A DNA stretch of 56,371 nucleotides from the NCBI GenBank assembly GCA_019058365.1, contig JAHPZE010000029.1, positions 1-56,371 of the forward strand, in the 5' to 3' direction. The notes beneath the pieces are model-generated. The model was not told where the DNA came from and made no database searches. It saw only the letters and a program-made list of their open reading frames with translations. Origin of the DNA: Promethearchaeota archaeon (GTDB lineage Archaea > Asgardarchaeota > Lokiarchaeia > Sigyniarchaeales > SOKP01). Positions within the stretch are counted from its first letter, which is position 1, and each line of letters starts with the position of its first letter. Of this stretch, positions 29,537-39,354 are shown one piece after another. A program made the translations under genes and the position numbers.

Positions 29537-30142
29537 TTAAAATTTTTCATTCTTTAAAGTAAATCTTAAAAGCTGATCTTTATCCTCTTCGGCATAATTT
29601 ATTCCAATTCTTTTATTAGTTACAATAGAATTATCTTTAACTTTCTGACCTTCAATGAAAAACAATTTTGAGCTAAGAGAACAAGAATCTATCCCATTAA
29701 ATTGAGCTTTCGTTATATTTAAGGCCATACATAGCTTTCCAGGTCCATCAGTTAAATTTCTAAAATTTTTTCCAATTTTAACATTCCTGTTTTTACTCAT
29801 CAGTTCTATTCCATCAATAGGATATAATTGTCGAATTAATACAGCACATGGCATATCTTCTGGTTCTGTAATTACATTTAGACAATGATATAGTCCATAT
29901 ATCAAATAAATATATAAGGTTCCGGGAACCATATACATTACTTTAGTTCTATTAGTTTTCTTATAATTATATGAATGAGTAGCTTTATCATGTGGTCCAA
30001 GATAAGCCTCAACTTCAATAATTTTCCCAACTATTCTCCCCCTTAATGTTTTTCTTACTAAATAATTTCCAAGTAATTCTCTTGCAACAGTTACAGTATT
30101 TCTAACAAAAAAGTCTCTTCCAAGCTGTTTAAACTCTTTCAT
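29537..30142 (-). CDS. mpg: 3-methyladenine DNA glycosylase (Mpg/AAG family)
   Basis: VARELLG, IIEVEAYLG, YIYLIYG, AVLIR, GPGKLC, RIGI. Confidence 0.95.
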   Translation of the reverse strand: MKEFKQLGRDFFVRNTVTVARELLGNYLVRKTLRGRIVGKIIEVEAYLGPHDKATHSYNYKKTNRTKVMYMVPGTLYIYLIYGLYHCLNVITEPEDMPCAVLIRQLYPIDGIELMSKNRNVKIGKNFRNLTDGPGKLCMALNITKAQFNGIDSCSLSSKLFFIEGQKVKDNSIVTNKRIGINYAEEDKDQLLRFTLKNEKF

Positions 30143-30242
30143 GAATCAAGAACTTTATTTTTCAAGAATTCTTTATTTAAAGAACATAATATTTTCATTA
30201 ATTATAATTTAAATTAATTTTAAGCATTTCAGGGGATAAGAA

Positions 30243-31328
30243 ATAAAGGCACCCGAAAGAATATTAAAAGCTGTAAATCATGAGGAACCCGATAGAGTTC
30301 CAGCATTTGAAAGCGCTTTTACAAATAATACTATCATGAAACATTATGGTATTGATCCTAAAGGAGCAGGAGGTTACAAATTATCTTATGATTTTTTAAG
30401 ATTGGTGGGAATTGATCTAGTTTTAAGTTATGTTGGTTTATTTCCACGCAAATTTCTTGAAAGAGGTAAGGGATTTATCGATGAATATGGAAGAATTATG
30501 AAGTTTGAACAATATAAAGATGATACTCGAATAATTACTTATCATGGAGGTTACTTTAAAAATTTTGAAGATTATGAGAGTTGGGAACAACCAGATCCAA
30601 ACTTGAATGCGCGTTTGGCACAATTTCTAGAGGGAAGAAAAATTCAAAAGGAGATGAATGATGAAATTTTTTCTATTCCCGCAACGGGGTCTTTGATGGA
30701 GTGCACTTGGGAAGGGTTTGGATTAGAAACCTTTTCTAGATTATTAAGCAAACAAAAAGAAATAAAAAAAGTATTTGATGACCGTGGCTCTTTTACTCTT
30801 GAATTGGTAAAGATTTTAATTGAAAATGATGCCCAAATGATATTACTATGGGATGATTATGGATTTAAAAATGGTCTATTTATGAAACCTAGTTTATATC
30901 AGAAATATATATTTCCTTGGATAAAGCAAATTTGTGATTATGCTCATAAAAATGATAGTAAGATATTTTTACATTCTGATGGTGATTTATTAGAAATTTT
31001 TGAAGATATTATCAATTGTGGAGTCGACGTTATTAATCCCGTTGAATCAACAACCGCAAATCCTGAATATGATATCTTTAAGTTAAATAAAAAATATGGA
31101 GAGAGAATCACGTTTTCTGGAAATTTAAGTCCTATATTGCTAGCTTTAGGAGAAATCTCTGAAATTGAGAGCTATGCTAAACGTTTACTTCGAGAATTAG
31201 CACCAGGAGGCGGGTATATATTTGGTAGTGGGCATTCTATTAATCCCGCTGTGACATTAGATCGCTTTGAAGCAATGCAAAGTATTAAAAGAAAATATGG
31301 AAATTATCCTATAAATGTGCCTGACTAA
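30243..31328 (+). CDS. Uroporphyrinogen decarboxylase / MtaA-CmuA superfamily protein
   Basis: DDYG, LHSDG, PGGGYI..GHSI. The family-typical N-terminus ERILKAVNHEEPDRVP lies upstream of the track ATG (30336); frame bounded by TAA 30237-30239; ATA at 30243. Confidence 0.85.
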   Translation: MKAPERILKAVNHEEPDRVPAFESAFTNNTIMKHYGIDPKGAGGYKLSYDFLRLVGIDLVLSYVGLFPRKFLERGKGFIDEYGRIMKFEQYKDDTRIITYHGGYFKNFEDYESWEQPDPNLNARLAQFLEGRKIQKEMNDEIFSIPATGSLMECTWEGFGLETFSRLLSKQKEIKKVFDDRGSFTLELVKILIENDAQMILLWDDYGFKNGLFMKPSLYQKYIFPWIKQICDYAHKNDSKIFLHSDGDLLEIFEDIINCGVDVINPVESTTANPEYDIFKLNKKYGERITFSGNLSPILLALGEISEIESYAKRLLRELAPGGGYIFGSGHSINPAVTLDRFEAMQSIKRKYGNYPINVPD

Positions 31329-31349
31329 TTTTATAATTCTATTTATTTA

Positions 31350-32510
31350 TTAATACTCCCTAAATTCATTTGCAGCATCAAACATAGCTACTATATTTTG
31401 AGGAGGAACCTCTGCTGTAATATTATGGATATTTGCTGCCACAAATCCTCCACCAGGTTTAAAACATTCAAGATTGTGTTTTACTTCTTCTCGAATTTGT
31501 TGAGGAGTTCCAAAAGGAAGTGTTCCTTGCGTGTTGCACATACCACCCCAAAATGTAATCAACTTTCCAAAGCGTTGTTTTAAACTACAAGGTTCCATAT
31601 CATATGCACTAATTTGTACGGGATTATAGATATCATATCCAATTTCAGCCCAATGAGGGATGAATAGAGGAGTAGATCCACAAGAATGATAATTAATCTT
31701 AACATCTGCCAATTCATGTATTTTTTCTGAGAGTTTTTTCTCAACTGGTTTTATAATCTGCTCATAAATTTTTAAATTCATAATTGGCCCCGCTTGTTCT
31801 GCTAAATCTCCATTAATGCATATAACATCTAAAAATTCACCTACTTCATTTAAAAAAGTAACATTATAGTCGATCCAATATTCCAAAAGCCCTTCCATAG
31901 CAGCAACAATTAATTCTGGTTTTGTTCGTAAATATCTTAATGCTTTTGTAAAGCCAAAAAGAAAAGTAGTATATTCATAGATGCATCCTGTCGGTGGTGT
32001 AGATATTGCATAATCAGTAGTCTCGCGCAACTTTTTTGCATACCCTTTTAATTCTTTAAATGGAGTTTTATCTCTACCATTAGGCCAATCATAATTTTCA
32101 ATCTCTTGAACTGATTTTAAATCTGAAAGTGGATGGATTACGGGATCATAATATAAAATATCATCTAAATCTTTATTAGCGTCATTACCCCAAAAACAGC
32201 CAAATTGATCGTATATTCCTACATATTTTCCCTCATATTGAGGCTGGAACTCATTTATTTGTACCATCCCACCTAAAGGGCGGACATATCTAATATCTAT
32301 ATTGAATCTCTCTAATAATTCTTCGCATGGTAATGCTATTTGTTGGATAAAATCACAGTATTGAATATTTTCGTTTTGAATATCAAGAAAATCTAACAGT
32401 TTTCTATATGCTTTTACATGAATTCCAGATTGATGTCCACCTAAATCAATTGGAACCATATCTGGTTCTTTATGACTTAAAGTAATTTTAACTCTTTCTC
32501 TTGAATTCAT
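31350..32510 (-). CDS. Uroporphyrinogen decarboxylase / MtaA-CmuA superfamily protein
   Basis: MNSRERV...HKEPDMVPIDLGG, YHSCG, NPVQ, PGGGFV..IHNI. Confidence 0.9.
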   Translation of the reverse strand: MNSRERVKITLSHKEPDMVPIDLGGHQSGIHVKAYRKLLDFLDIQNENIQYCDFIQQIALPCEELLERFNIDIRYVRPLGGMVQINEFQPQYEGKYVGIYDQFGCFWGNDANKDLDDILYYDPVIHPLSDLKSVQEIENYDWPNGRDKTPFKELKGYAKKLRETTDYAISTPPTGCIYEYTTFLFGFTKALRYLRTKPELIVAAMEGLLEYWIDYNVTFLNEVGEFLDVICINGDLAEQAGPIMNLKIYEQIIKPVEKKLSEKIHELADVKINYHSCGSTPLFIPHWAEIGYDIYNPVQISAYDMEPCSLKQRFGKLITFWGGMCNTQGTLPFGTPQQIREEVKHNLECFKPGGGFVAANIHNITAEVPPQNIVAMFDAANEFREY

Positions 32511-32576
32511 TAGTAATTAAGTATATAAATTCTTATAAATAATTTTAGGAAAAACTCATAAAGAAAATATTGCGAA

Positions 32577-33407
32577 TTAATACTTATTTAATTTCAATTC
32601 TTCTTTTAAAAATGGCTTTAATGCAGCATTACAGGCTATAAATGGAAACTTAGTATTAATGGATAATCCAATATCTATATTTTCTCCACTTAAAGAAAAT
32701 ATTTTTCCTCCAGCTTCTTTAAGAATTAGTATTCCTGCTGCTACATCTACTAAGCGGTTACTTTCTCTCAAGTTAATGAAGGCTTCCATATTACCACTTG
32801 CGATTTGACATAAGGTCAAAGCACTACTTCCCAATATTCTAATTCTATAAAAACTTCTAATAAGAGGAGATAATTTCAAAAAGTTCTCCATTAGGTTTTT
32901 CATAGGAAGATTAAGTTCAAAAAAGCATTTTTGAGAAATATCCAAATCAGACACGTGAATGGGAGTATTTTTATAATAAGCTCCATTTCCTTTTTCTGCC
33001 CAATAAATATCCTTTGTGATTAGATTAAGCACTACTGCTTTTTTAATATCACTTACTTTATTTCCAATAGCATAGGCTATCGAAACAGAACAATAGGGCA
33101 CACCCCTTGCAGCATTATTAGAACCATCTATAGGATCAACGATTAAAACATTTTGATTATCCTTTGCTTTTTCCTCTTCTCCGATGTATATTTCCCCCAC
33201 TTCTTCACTTATCAATAATAAATTAACATTTGCTTTTTCTAAAGTATCAATAATTACTTTTTCGGCAATCAAATCAATTTCCATCGATATATCTCCACCA
33301 GCTCCTCTTTTAGATTTATTTGCACCTTCTTTTGTACCTATAAGAGGAATCACCAAATCAGATACATTAATTGCAATCTGTTTTAAGAAGTTAATATCGA
33401 GGTCCAT
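32577..33407 (-). CDS. suhB: Bifunctional inositol monophosphatase / FBPase
   Basis: SEE, VDPIDGSNN, R.LGS, DVAAG motifs. Confidence 0.9.
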   Translation of the reverse strand: MDLDINFLKQIAINVSDLVIPLIGTKEGANKSKRGAGGDISMEIDLIAEKVIIDTLEKANVNLLLISEEVGEIYIGEEEKAKDNQNVLIVDPIDGSNNAARGVPYCSVSIAYAIGNKVSDIKKAVVLNLITKDIYWAEKGNGAYYKNTPIHVSDLDISQKCFFELNLPMKNLMENFLKLSPLIRSFYRIRILGSSALTLCQIASGNMEAFINLRESNRLVDVAAGILILKEAGGKIFSLSGENIDIGLSINTKFPFIACNAALKPFLKEELKLNKY

Positions 33408-33460
33408 TAAAATCAGAATAAATTTACTTATATGAAAAAATTAATATAGGTAATTAATTT

Positions 33461-34720
33461 TTATGGACGTTTTTTACCTTCTAATTCAAGATCTATGATA
33501 TCTTTTAATTTATCAAATTTTGTTAATTCCATTAGAATAAGAGCTTTTTCGAAGATTAATTTTGGACCCATTTTCAATTCTTTCTTTAAATAAATCTTAT
33601 CGATTTTCTGTAAGCTTAACCAATCTGAAATTAAAATTCCTTTTCTCTTTTCTTCATTTACAAATTTATTAGAGATTATATTATAATTCAATAGCTCATT
33701 TTTTTGGTCATCTTCCTCAACTTCAAATAAGGCAAAAAAAAGAGCTTCTCCAAAGTGATTAGAAATACTAGAGTCTAATCCATTGTTATCTATTAATGGA
33801 ACACCTACTTTTATTATAGGTTTCTCTTGTGTTTGAGTTAATATATTTACCTTAAAAATTTGAGGAAATTTTTCCTTTATCTTAGTAATAATAATATTTT
33901 TTAATATTTGAACTTGCATTACTGAAAGATCTTTATTTAAAGCAATAAGTATCTCTAAAAATATATACCTTCCATAAGCCCTTATCTCTAAACTCTCAAT
34001 TTTTTTAATTTTTGGGAAAGATTCTATTAAATTTTTAAGTTTAATTCTTTTATCAAAATCTATTACAGCATCGAGCAAAATTTTAGTAGAGTTTAAAAAA
34101 ATATCATATCCTCCTTTAATTATAAAAAGAGCAATGAATAATCCGATTATTGAGTCTAAAAGATACAAATTGAAAATAGCACCAATAAATCCTGTTAAAA
34201 CTGAAAAAGAGATAAAAATATCATACAATTTTTCTCTCGCTTCTGATTCGATGATCGGAGATTTCGTTTTCTTTCCTATTATATTTAAATAAAATGATAG
34301 GAATAACGAAGTTATGAAAGATATAATCAAAAATATAAAAATTGAGCTAGATATAATGATAATTTTAGAAAAACCTGAAATAAAATCTGAAATATCCTTA
34401 ATAGATCGTGAAATAATATTGTAAGCGGTATAAAAAATAAGTATTGAAATAATCAAACTGATAATATTTTCAATTTTATAATAACCATAAGGAAATTTTG
34501 CATTCGGTTTTTTCCTAGAATATATGATTCCTATTAAAGCAGCAAGAATCATTATTATATCAGTAAGATTATCAAAAGCATCTGCTTGAAGTGCTAAACT
34601 ATAAGTTATTATTGAAAAGATTAATTTTAAAATGAATAAAGAAACAGTAATAGTTAACAAAAAAAAGTTTAAAAATATAGGGCGTTGATAATACTTCAGA
34701 TTTTTACTAGAATCGATCAT
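33461..34720 (-). CDS. Cation diffusion facilitator transporter with C-terminal NifB/NifX-like domain
   Basis: ALQADAFDNLTD, FPYGYYKIE, dimerisation domain, ISNHFGEA.FF. Confidence 0.85.
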   Translation of the reverse strand: MIDSSKNLKYYQRPIFLNFFLLTITVSLFILKLIFSIITYSLALQADAFDNLTDIIMILAALIGIIYSRKKPNAKFPYGYYKIENIISLIISILIFYTAYNIISRSIKDISDFISGFSKIIIISSSIFIFLIISFITSLFLSFYLNIIGKKTKSPIIESEAREKLYDIFISFSVLTGFIGAIFNLYLLDSIIGLFIALFIIKGGYDIFLNSTKILLDAVIDFDKRIKLKNLIESFPKIKKIESLEIRAYGRYIFLEILIALNKDLSVMQVQILKNIIITKIKEKFPQIFKVNILTQTQEKPIIKVGVPLIDNNGLDSSISNHFGEALFFALFEVEEDDQKNELLNYNIISNKFVNEEKRKGILISDWLSLQKIDKIYLKKELKMGPKLIFEKALILMELTKFDKLKDIIDLELEGKKRP

Positions 34721-35442
34721 TTTGGAATTTTATATTTTTCAATTATCCATTTATCTACAATGAATTTTTGAGATTTCTCTTTTTCTTTAACATCATATTC
34801 ACTATGTATTGTACTCTTTGGTATCCAAACCTCCTCTCCAGCATCTAAAATAATTAATAAAGCCTTTGGACTTTCTACTTTAATTTTCGCTTCAATTTCA
34901 GTAGTATCTCGTGACATACTAAACTCTGTAGTCTCAACAATATGTAAACCATCTTTAGCAACAATATGCTCTGAAAAAAGACCAAATTCAGTTTCTTCAT
35001 CCATTTCGACATTTTCTTTTGTTTTAGCTTCAAAAGTACCACTTGTAGCAAATTCAATTTTCTCATTTAATATGTGATCAAGCATTAGCGTCATGAAATT
35101 TAAATTTGGAAATCGCAGTTTTTTAGCATATTCTCCTATAATGATCCGTAAAACTTGACGAGATTGATCTTCCCATCCTACGTAAATCTCTGTTTTACGT
35201 TCTTTAAAAACGTGATAACCTCTCCAGTTGGCACTCCTCCTATTTAAAACCTCTAAGATACATATAATTTCTTCAATCGATAGCCTTACAGTTTTTCCCT
35301 CTCCGTCAGAGGGCTTCTCCCAAGAGCCATTAGGTTTTCTACTTATACAACTTAAGAATATATAAGGAACTTCTTTTGATGGACTTGTAATCCTAACACT
35401 TGTTTTTTGCCCATAAAATGTTTTGGTATGAAAATCTGCCAA
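34717..35442 (-). CDS. Hypothetical protein, possible Whirly/PC4-like ssDNA-binding N-domain plus small beta-barrel C-domain
   Basis: IFL...K.NG.W...VRLSIEEI..IL pattern; C-terminal ESPKALLI...EVWIPKS. Confidence 0.55.
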   Translation of the reverse strand: MADFHTKTFYGQKTSVRITSPSKEVPYIFLSCISRKPNGSWEKPSDGEGKTVRLSIEEIICILEVLNRRSANWRGYHVFKERKTEIYVGWEDQSRQVLRIIIGEYAKKLRFPNLNFMTLMLDHILNEKIEFATSGTFEAKTKENVEMDEETEFGLFSEHIVAKDGLHIVETTEFSMSRDTTEIEAKIKVESPKALLIILDAGEEVWIPKSTIHSEYDVKEKEKSQKFIVDKWIIEKYKIPK

Positions 35443-35630
35443 CTCGATCCACTATCAAATTATTTTTCTAAATTATAGTCCACTTATTTATTAAAACTAT
35501 ATTAATTTATTGATTTAAATCTGATTAAATAAATAAATGAATTTTTCGTACAACGTTAGGAAAAGAGAAAAAGTTTTAAAAAATTTTATTTTATATAACT
35601 GTAAATCAATTCTTTTCGTTGTGATTAAAG

Positions 35631-36386
35631 ATGAAAAATAATGAGAGTGATTCTATTAAGAAAGAGGAGAAGAGGGTTATTATAAGTAGTACCGGTGATT
35701 TACAAGAATACGATGAACATATAAGTGCTATGGGATCTGCTAAAATTTCTGGGGGAAAAACCAACAAATCTATACGGATTTCAGGTGATGGAACAATTAA
35801 CGGCGATTTAATATGTGATGGACTTACATCGTCAGGAAGTTTAAAAGGATCTGGTAATTTAACTGTTCATGGGGATGTTAGTAGCTCAGGCTCATTTATT
35901 ATCGCAGGATTTCTTTCAGGAGATCAAAGTGCTGATTTTTCAGGTTCAACACAAATAGGTAATCTTATTAAGATTCAAGGTTCTTTGATTGCTGCCGGTT
36001 CTTTTAAAGCAGGGCATTTTGTGAGAGGAGAACAAGAAATTAAACTTTCTGGTTCTTCAGAGATAAACGGGAACTTGTCTTCAGAGAAGAATATTAGTAT
36101 TGATGGATCAACTCATATCGAGGGAAATGTTGTAGCTGAAGATATTCTTTTTGGATCACAAAATAAGATAAAGAAACAGCATTATAGAGTTCATGGAAGT
36201 ATCCTTGCTAAAAACAATGTAAATATTATCAGAACGCACGTAGATGGAGATATTAAAGGTAAGGATATTACTCTTGGTCGAGGAACGGAAATTCTCGGAA
36301 CTGTATATTATGTTGAAAACGTTGATATTGATAAAAAAGCAAAATTAGCTAATGAGCCAATTCAGATTAGTTTAGATGAATTATGA
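35631..36386 (+). CDS. Bactofilin-like (polymer-forming cytoskeletal) beta-helix protein
   Basis: Repeated ISG.G.I.GD / SSGS / V.G.I motifs; GTGA 6 nt before ATG. Confidence 0.8.
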   Translation: MKNNESDSIKKEEKRVIISSTGDLQEYDEHISAMGSAKISGGKTNKSIRISGDGTINGDLICDGLTSSGSLKGSGNLTVHGDVSSSGSFIIAGFLSGDQSADFSGSTQIGNLIKIQGSLIAAGSFKAGHFVRGEQEIKLSGSSEINGNLSSEKNISIDGSTHIEGNVVAEDILFGSQNKIKKQHYRVHGSILAKNNVNIIRTHVDGDIKGKDITLGRGTEILGTVYYVENVDIDKKAKLANEPIQISLDEL

Positions 36387-36424
36387 ACAGATAAAATATT
36401 AGTAGAGATATACATTAACTTTAA

Positions 36425-36730
36425 TTACATTAATTCAATTTCTACGAGCACAGATTCAGGAATTTGAATTTTCATTATAAGGTGCATACTTCTTTCGTTA
36501 GCAATAATCTCAAAAAGACGTTTATGAATTCTCATTTCAAATTTTGCCCATGTCGCAGTACCTTGCCCAGAAGGAGCTTTTAAAACAGGAACACGTAGTC
36601 TTTTTGTGGGGAGCGGGATAGGCCCATTCTTTCGAATTCCTTGAGAGCGACATACAGACATAACTTGATCGCATACGGATAGTAGTGCTTCTAATTGAGT
36701 ACTTGACAATCGTATGCGCGCTTTTTGTAT
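36425..36730 (-). CDS. rps10: 30S ribosomal protein uS10
   Basis: GPIPLPTKRL.VP...P.G.GTATW..FEMRIHKRL; conserved N-terminus QKARIRLSS lies upstream of the track TTG, beginning at ATA 36730. Confidence 0.92.
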   Translation of the reverse strand: MQKARIRLSSTQLEALLSVCDQVMSVCRSQGIRKNGPIPLPTKRLRVPVLKAPSGQGTATWAKFEMRIHKRLFEIIANERSMHLIMKIQIPESVLVEIELM

Positions 36731-36830
36731 GTTTTACTCACCATGAAAATTTATTTAAAACCTTGTAGGTTGTTATATCGAAATTATTCCTATTAAATAA
36801 ATTTTTTCAAAAAGGGCTATTCTAATAATT

Positions 36831-36941
36831 TTAATTAAATCCCAATAAGAATTTATTTCCTAAATGCACATTTTCCAGATATTTTTTCGCTACGCTCAAA
36901 CACTTTTCTACTTGCTTTCGAGGAGTAATCCCTAAATTTCT
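36831..36941 (-). pseudogene. 3' remnant of a paralog of the radical SAM gene at 39904..41040
   Basis: Reads RNLGITPRKQVEKCLSVAKKYLENVHLGNKFLLGFN*, versus RDLGITPRKQAEKCLETAKKYLKHVHLGNSFLLGF* in the intact gene. Confidence 0.85.
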
Positions 36942-37245
36942 ACTTTATAACCATTCTTATTCAGGGTTCTATAAAATTATATATCTTCATCAACACCTTT
37001 CCTGAATTCTGATCTATTATCAGCTATTTCAGAAACGATATCTAATAATTTAAGACTATCCCTATCACGCTCCCAGAAAAGGATGCAATTGATAGCGATG
37101 CAGAAGAAGAGAAATATTTTGGATAGATATATAATTTATCTTTAAGTATTTTTTATCATACAATAGACGTATATATTTTTTAAATATAGTATTATTAAAA
37201 TTAAAATCAAAAAATAATTTAATAAAATGAAAAAGAGGAAACAAA

Positions 37246-37545
37246 GTGGCGAAATTTATACAAGAGCCTAATATAAGCCTTGATCGTAATTTTAGGAAGA
37301 ATTATGTTCTGGTTGAAGGAATTGCTCCTATGGAATTTAAGGAACATGAAATAGGGTCCAAATGGGAATTCAAAGTTGACATCATGGATGATAATGTAAT
37401 CATAGCATCAGTAACGAAAGTTTTTAAACCTAAAAAACTAGAAGTGAACGAAAAGTTTAAAGAGAAAATAGATGGAGCAAAATTTAAGAAAAAATTTATT
37501 GACATGAATCTTGAGTACAAGTTTTTTATTAATCGTCTCGATTAG
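37246..37545 (+). CDS. Hypothetical protein
   Basis: 99-aa ORF; GAGGA upstream of GTG. Confidence 0.55.
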   Translation: MAKFIQEPNISLDRNFRKNYVLVEGIAPMEFKEHEIGSKWEFKVDIMDDNVIIASVTKVFKPKKLEVNEKFKEKIDGAKFKKKFIDMNLEYKFFINRLD

Positions 37546-37609
37546 AGACGCGATTTTATTTATATACAAGATCAAACAATTTGATGCTGAAGAAGCAAAG
37601 CAGTTAATT

Positions 37610-37957
37610 TTATTTATTTTTTTCATTAAAGATTTTTGAGTATGTTGACCATTCATTTGTGAAAGTTTTCAATTCGTGCTTAAATGGACAGTTAACACCC
37701 ATCTTCATAACACAGACGTGTAAATCACCCCTATCGGAATATGAAACACACTTGTTACATTAGGAAATCTTACATTTTTCGCAGTAATATAGTGTTTTAT
37801 ACTCATTTCCACACACAGGGCACAAGTTATCACCCTTAGAGGGTATTTGATTTATATGGAGAGCACAGTAACCCGTTATATGACCACTCTTTCTTTTACA
37901 ACGAGTTCCTTTTTTTGTTAAACCAACACATCTGGTTTTTATACTCCGCCTTGACAT
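37610..37957 (-). pseudogene. Multi-Zn-finger protein (DUF5763-like CxGxTKKGxRC...YCxxH plus B-box/AN1-like finger) interrupted by TAA
   Basis: Frame continues past the track stop: YCEKCKIS*CNKC...HVC...CPFKH...KNK*. Confidence 0.6.
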
Positions 37958-37998
37958 AAATGACTAATTTTTTTTTGGAAATTACCTTTTTAATCTCT

Positions 37999-38769
37999 TT
38001 ACTTATTTAATTTTGTATAATATTGTTGTCTAAGGATTTCAAATCCAATTATAGTTGCAGCGGAGTTAAGAGAGAGTGCTCCGTTAAATTCTCGCTTATA
38101 GGGAATTGTCAAAATTAAATCTGCTTTATCTAAGAAAGTTCGATTAGTGCCTCTTTTTTCACCTCCAATTACAATAAATAATGGAGCTTTTAATTTGCTT
38201 TGATAAATTGACAGACCTTTATCTTTATCTGTACATGCAATGGTATAATTATTAGATTTGAAGATATCTATTGTTGACTCCAGGTCTTCGACTAACGCTA
38301 TTGGTATTAATTCTGAGGTGCCCGCTGAAGATTTGATAATAATTGCCTCCACCTCACACCAATTTCTCTGTTTCATGACGATACCATCTATTCCTGCAGC
38401 ATATAATGACCGTATGGTATACCCAAGATTAAAAGGATCTTCAATTCCGTCTAAAAAAAAGTATATGCCGGATTTCGAGTTCAAGAATTCAAATATTTTC
38501 TGGTAGATTCGTTCACTTACTATAGCAGCAATTCCTCCGTGAGTCTTCCCATTTGCATGTGTTTCAAACCAATTTTGATCCACTGCTTCAATTTTGATTT
38601 CCTTGGATTTTACTGACTCAAGTATTTGCTTGACAGATTTTTCCGGTTTACTTTTCCTTTTTCTTTGGAGTTTTGCAACATCATAGAATAAAGTCAAAAC
38701 CTTACGATATTTTGATTGCAAAACTGCATTTACAGAGATTTTTCCCTCAATTACAATAGATGTGGTCAT
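37999..38769 (-). CDS. SpoU/TrmH-family RNA 2'-O-methyltransferase (RlmB-like)
   Basis: HGGIAA, LDGIEDPFNLG..IRS, IGGEKRG, SLN motifs. Confidence 0.9.
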   Translation of the reverse strand: MTTSIVIEGKISVNAVLQSKYRKVLTLFYDVAKLQRKRKSKPEKSVKQILESVKSKEIKIEAVDQNWFETHANGKTHGGIAAIVSERIYQKIFEFLNSKSGIYFFLDGIEDPFNLGYTIRSLYAAGIDGIVMKQRNWCEVEAIIIKSSAGTSELIPIALVEDLESTIDIFKSNNYTIACTDKDKGLSIYQSKLKAPLFIVIGGEKRGTNRTFLDKADLILTIPYKREFNGALSLNSAATIIGFEILRQQYYTKLNK

Positions 38770-38836
38770 ATTCTTTTTCCTTCATATTCTCAATTCAGTT
38801 TTCTTTCGCTTTTGGAGTCAATGTTTGAATTTTTAA

Positions 38837-39208
38837 TTATTTTTCTATACCAAAAGCTTCTTCAAGGTTTTTTCCTCTAAAATATGGGTCATTTCTGTCA
38901 ATTAACCCCTGTCTAATGGCAAACATACATTTTTCATAAAGCATTTTATTTAAATCTCGCCCAATTTCTGTCAAAGAATATTCAATTTTTACCGGAGTTG
39001 TACTTACGATGTCCTTATTAATAAATCCATGGTGTTCTAATCTTTTTAGTTGATCTGACAATACTCTATTGCTAAGACCCTCATATGTTTCTAAAAAATC
39101 ACTAAATCTATTACATCCTAAGAACATAGATTTTAATATGGTTATCGTCCATTTTCGTGATAATTCATTATACCCCTCCATTGTAAATTTAAATTGTTCA
39201 GTAACCAA
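38837..39208 (-). CDS. HxlR-family winged-helix transcriptional regulator
   Basis: KWT..IL, RFSD, LS..LKRLE..G, P.KIEYSLTEIG; AGGTGA before TTG. Confidence 0.9.
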   Translation of the reverse strand: MVTEQFKFTMEGYNELSRKWTITILKSMFLGCNRFSDFLETYEGLSNRVLSDQLKRLEHHGFINKDIVSTTPVKIEYSLTEIGRDLNKMLYEKCMFAIRQGLIDRNDPYFRGKNLEEAFGIEK

Positions 39209-39354
39209 TAAATCACCTAATAACTTGTAGCTTACAATTTCTTTATAAGTAATTTTACCCTATTAAATTTTGTATTAAAACAAAGTAATAAATTAATACT
39301 TAATAATTTATTGTAATAAAAAAAAAATAATAAAAGAAAGGTAGAAAATAAAAA

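Noticed and set aside
24592-37762. TAA recoding suggested by three in-frame TAA codons
   Set aside because: TAA is the commonest true stop in the window and no shared context or structure was seen; pseudogenisation or sequence error is simpler.
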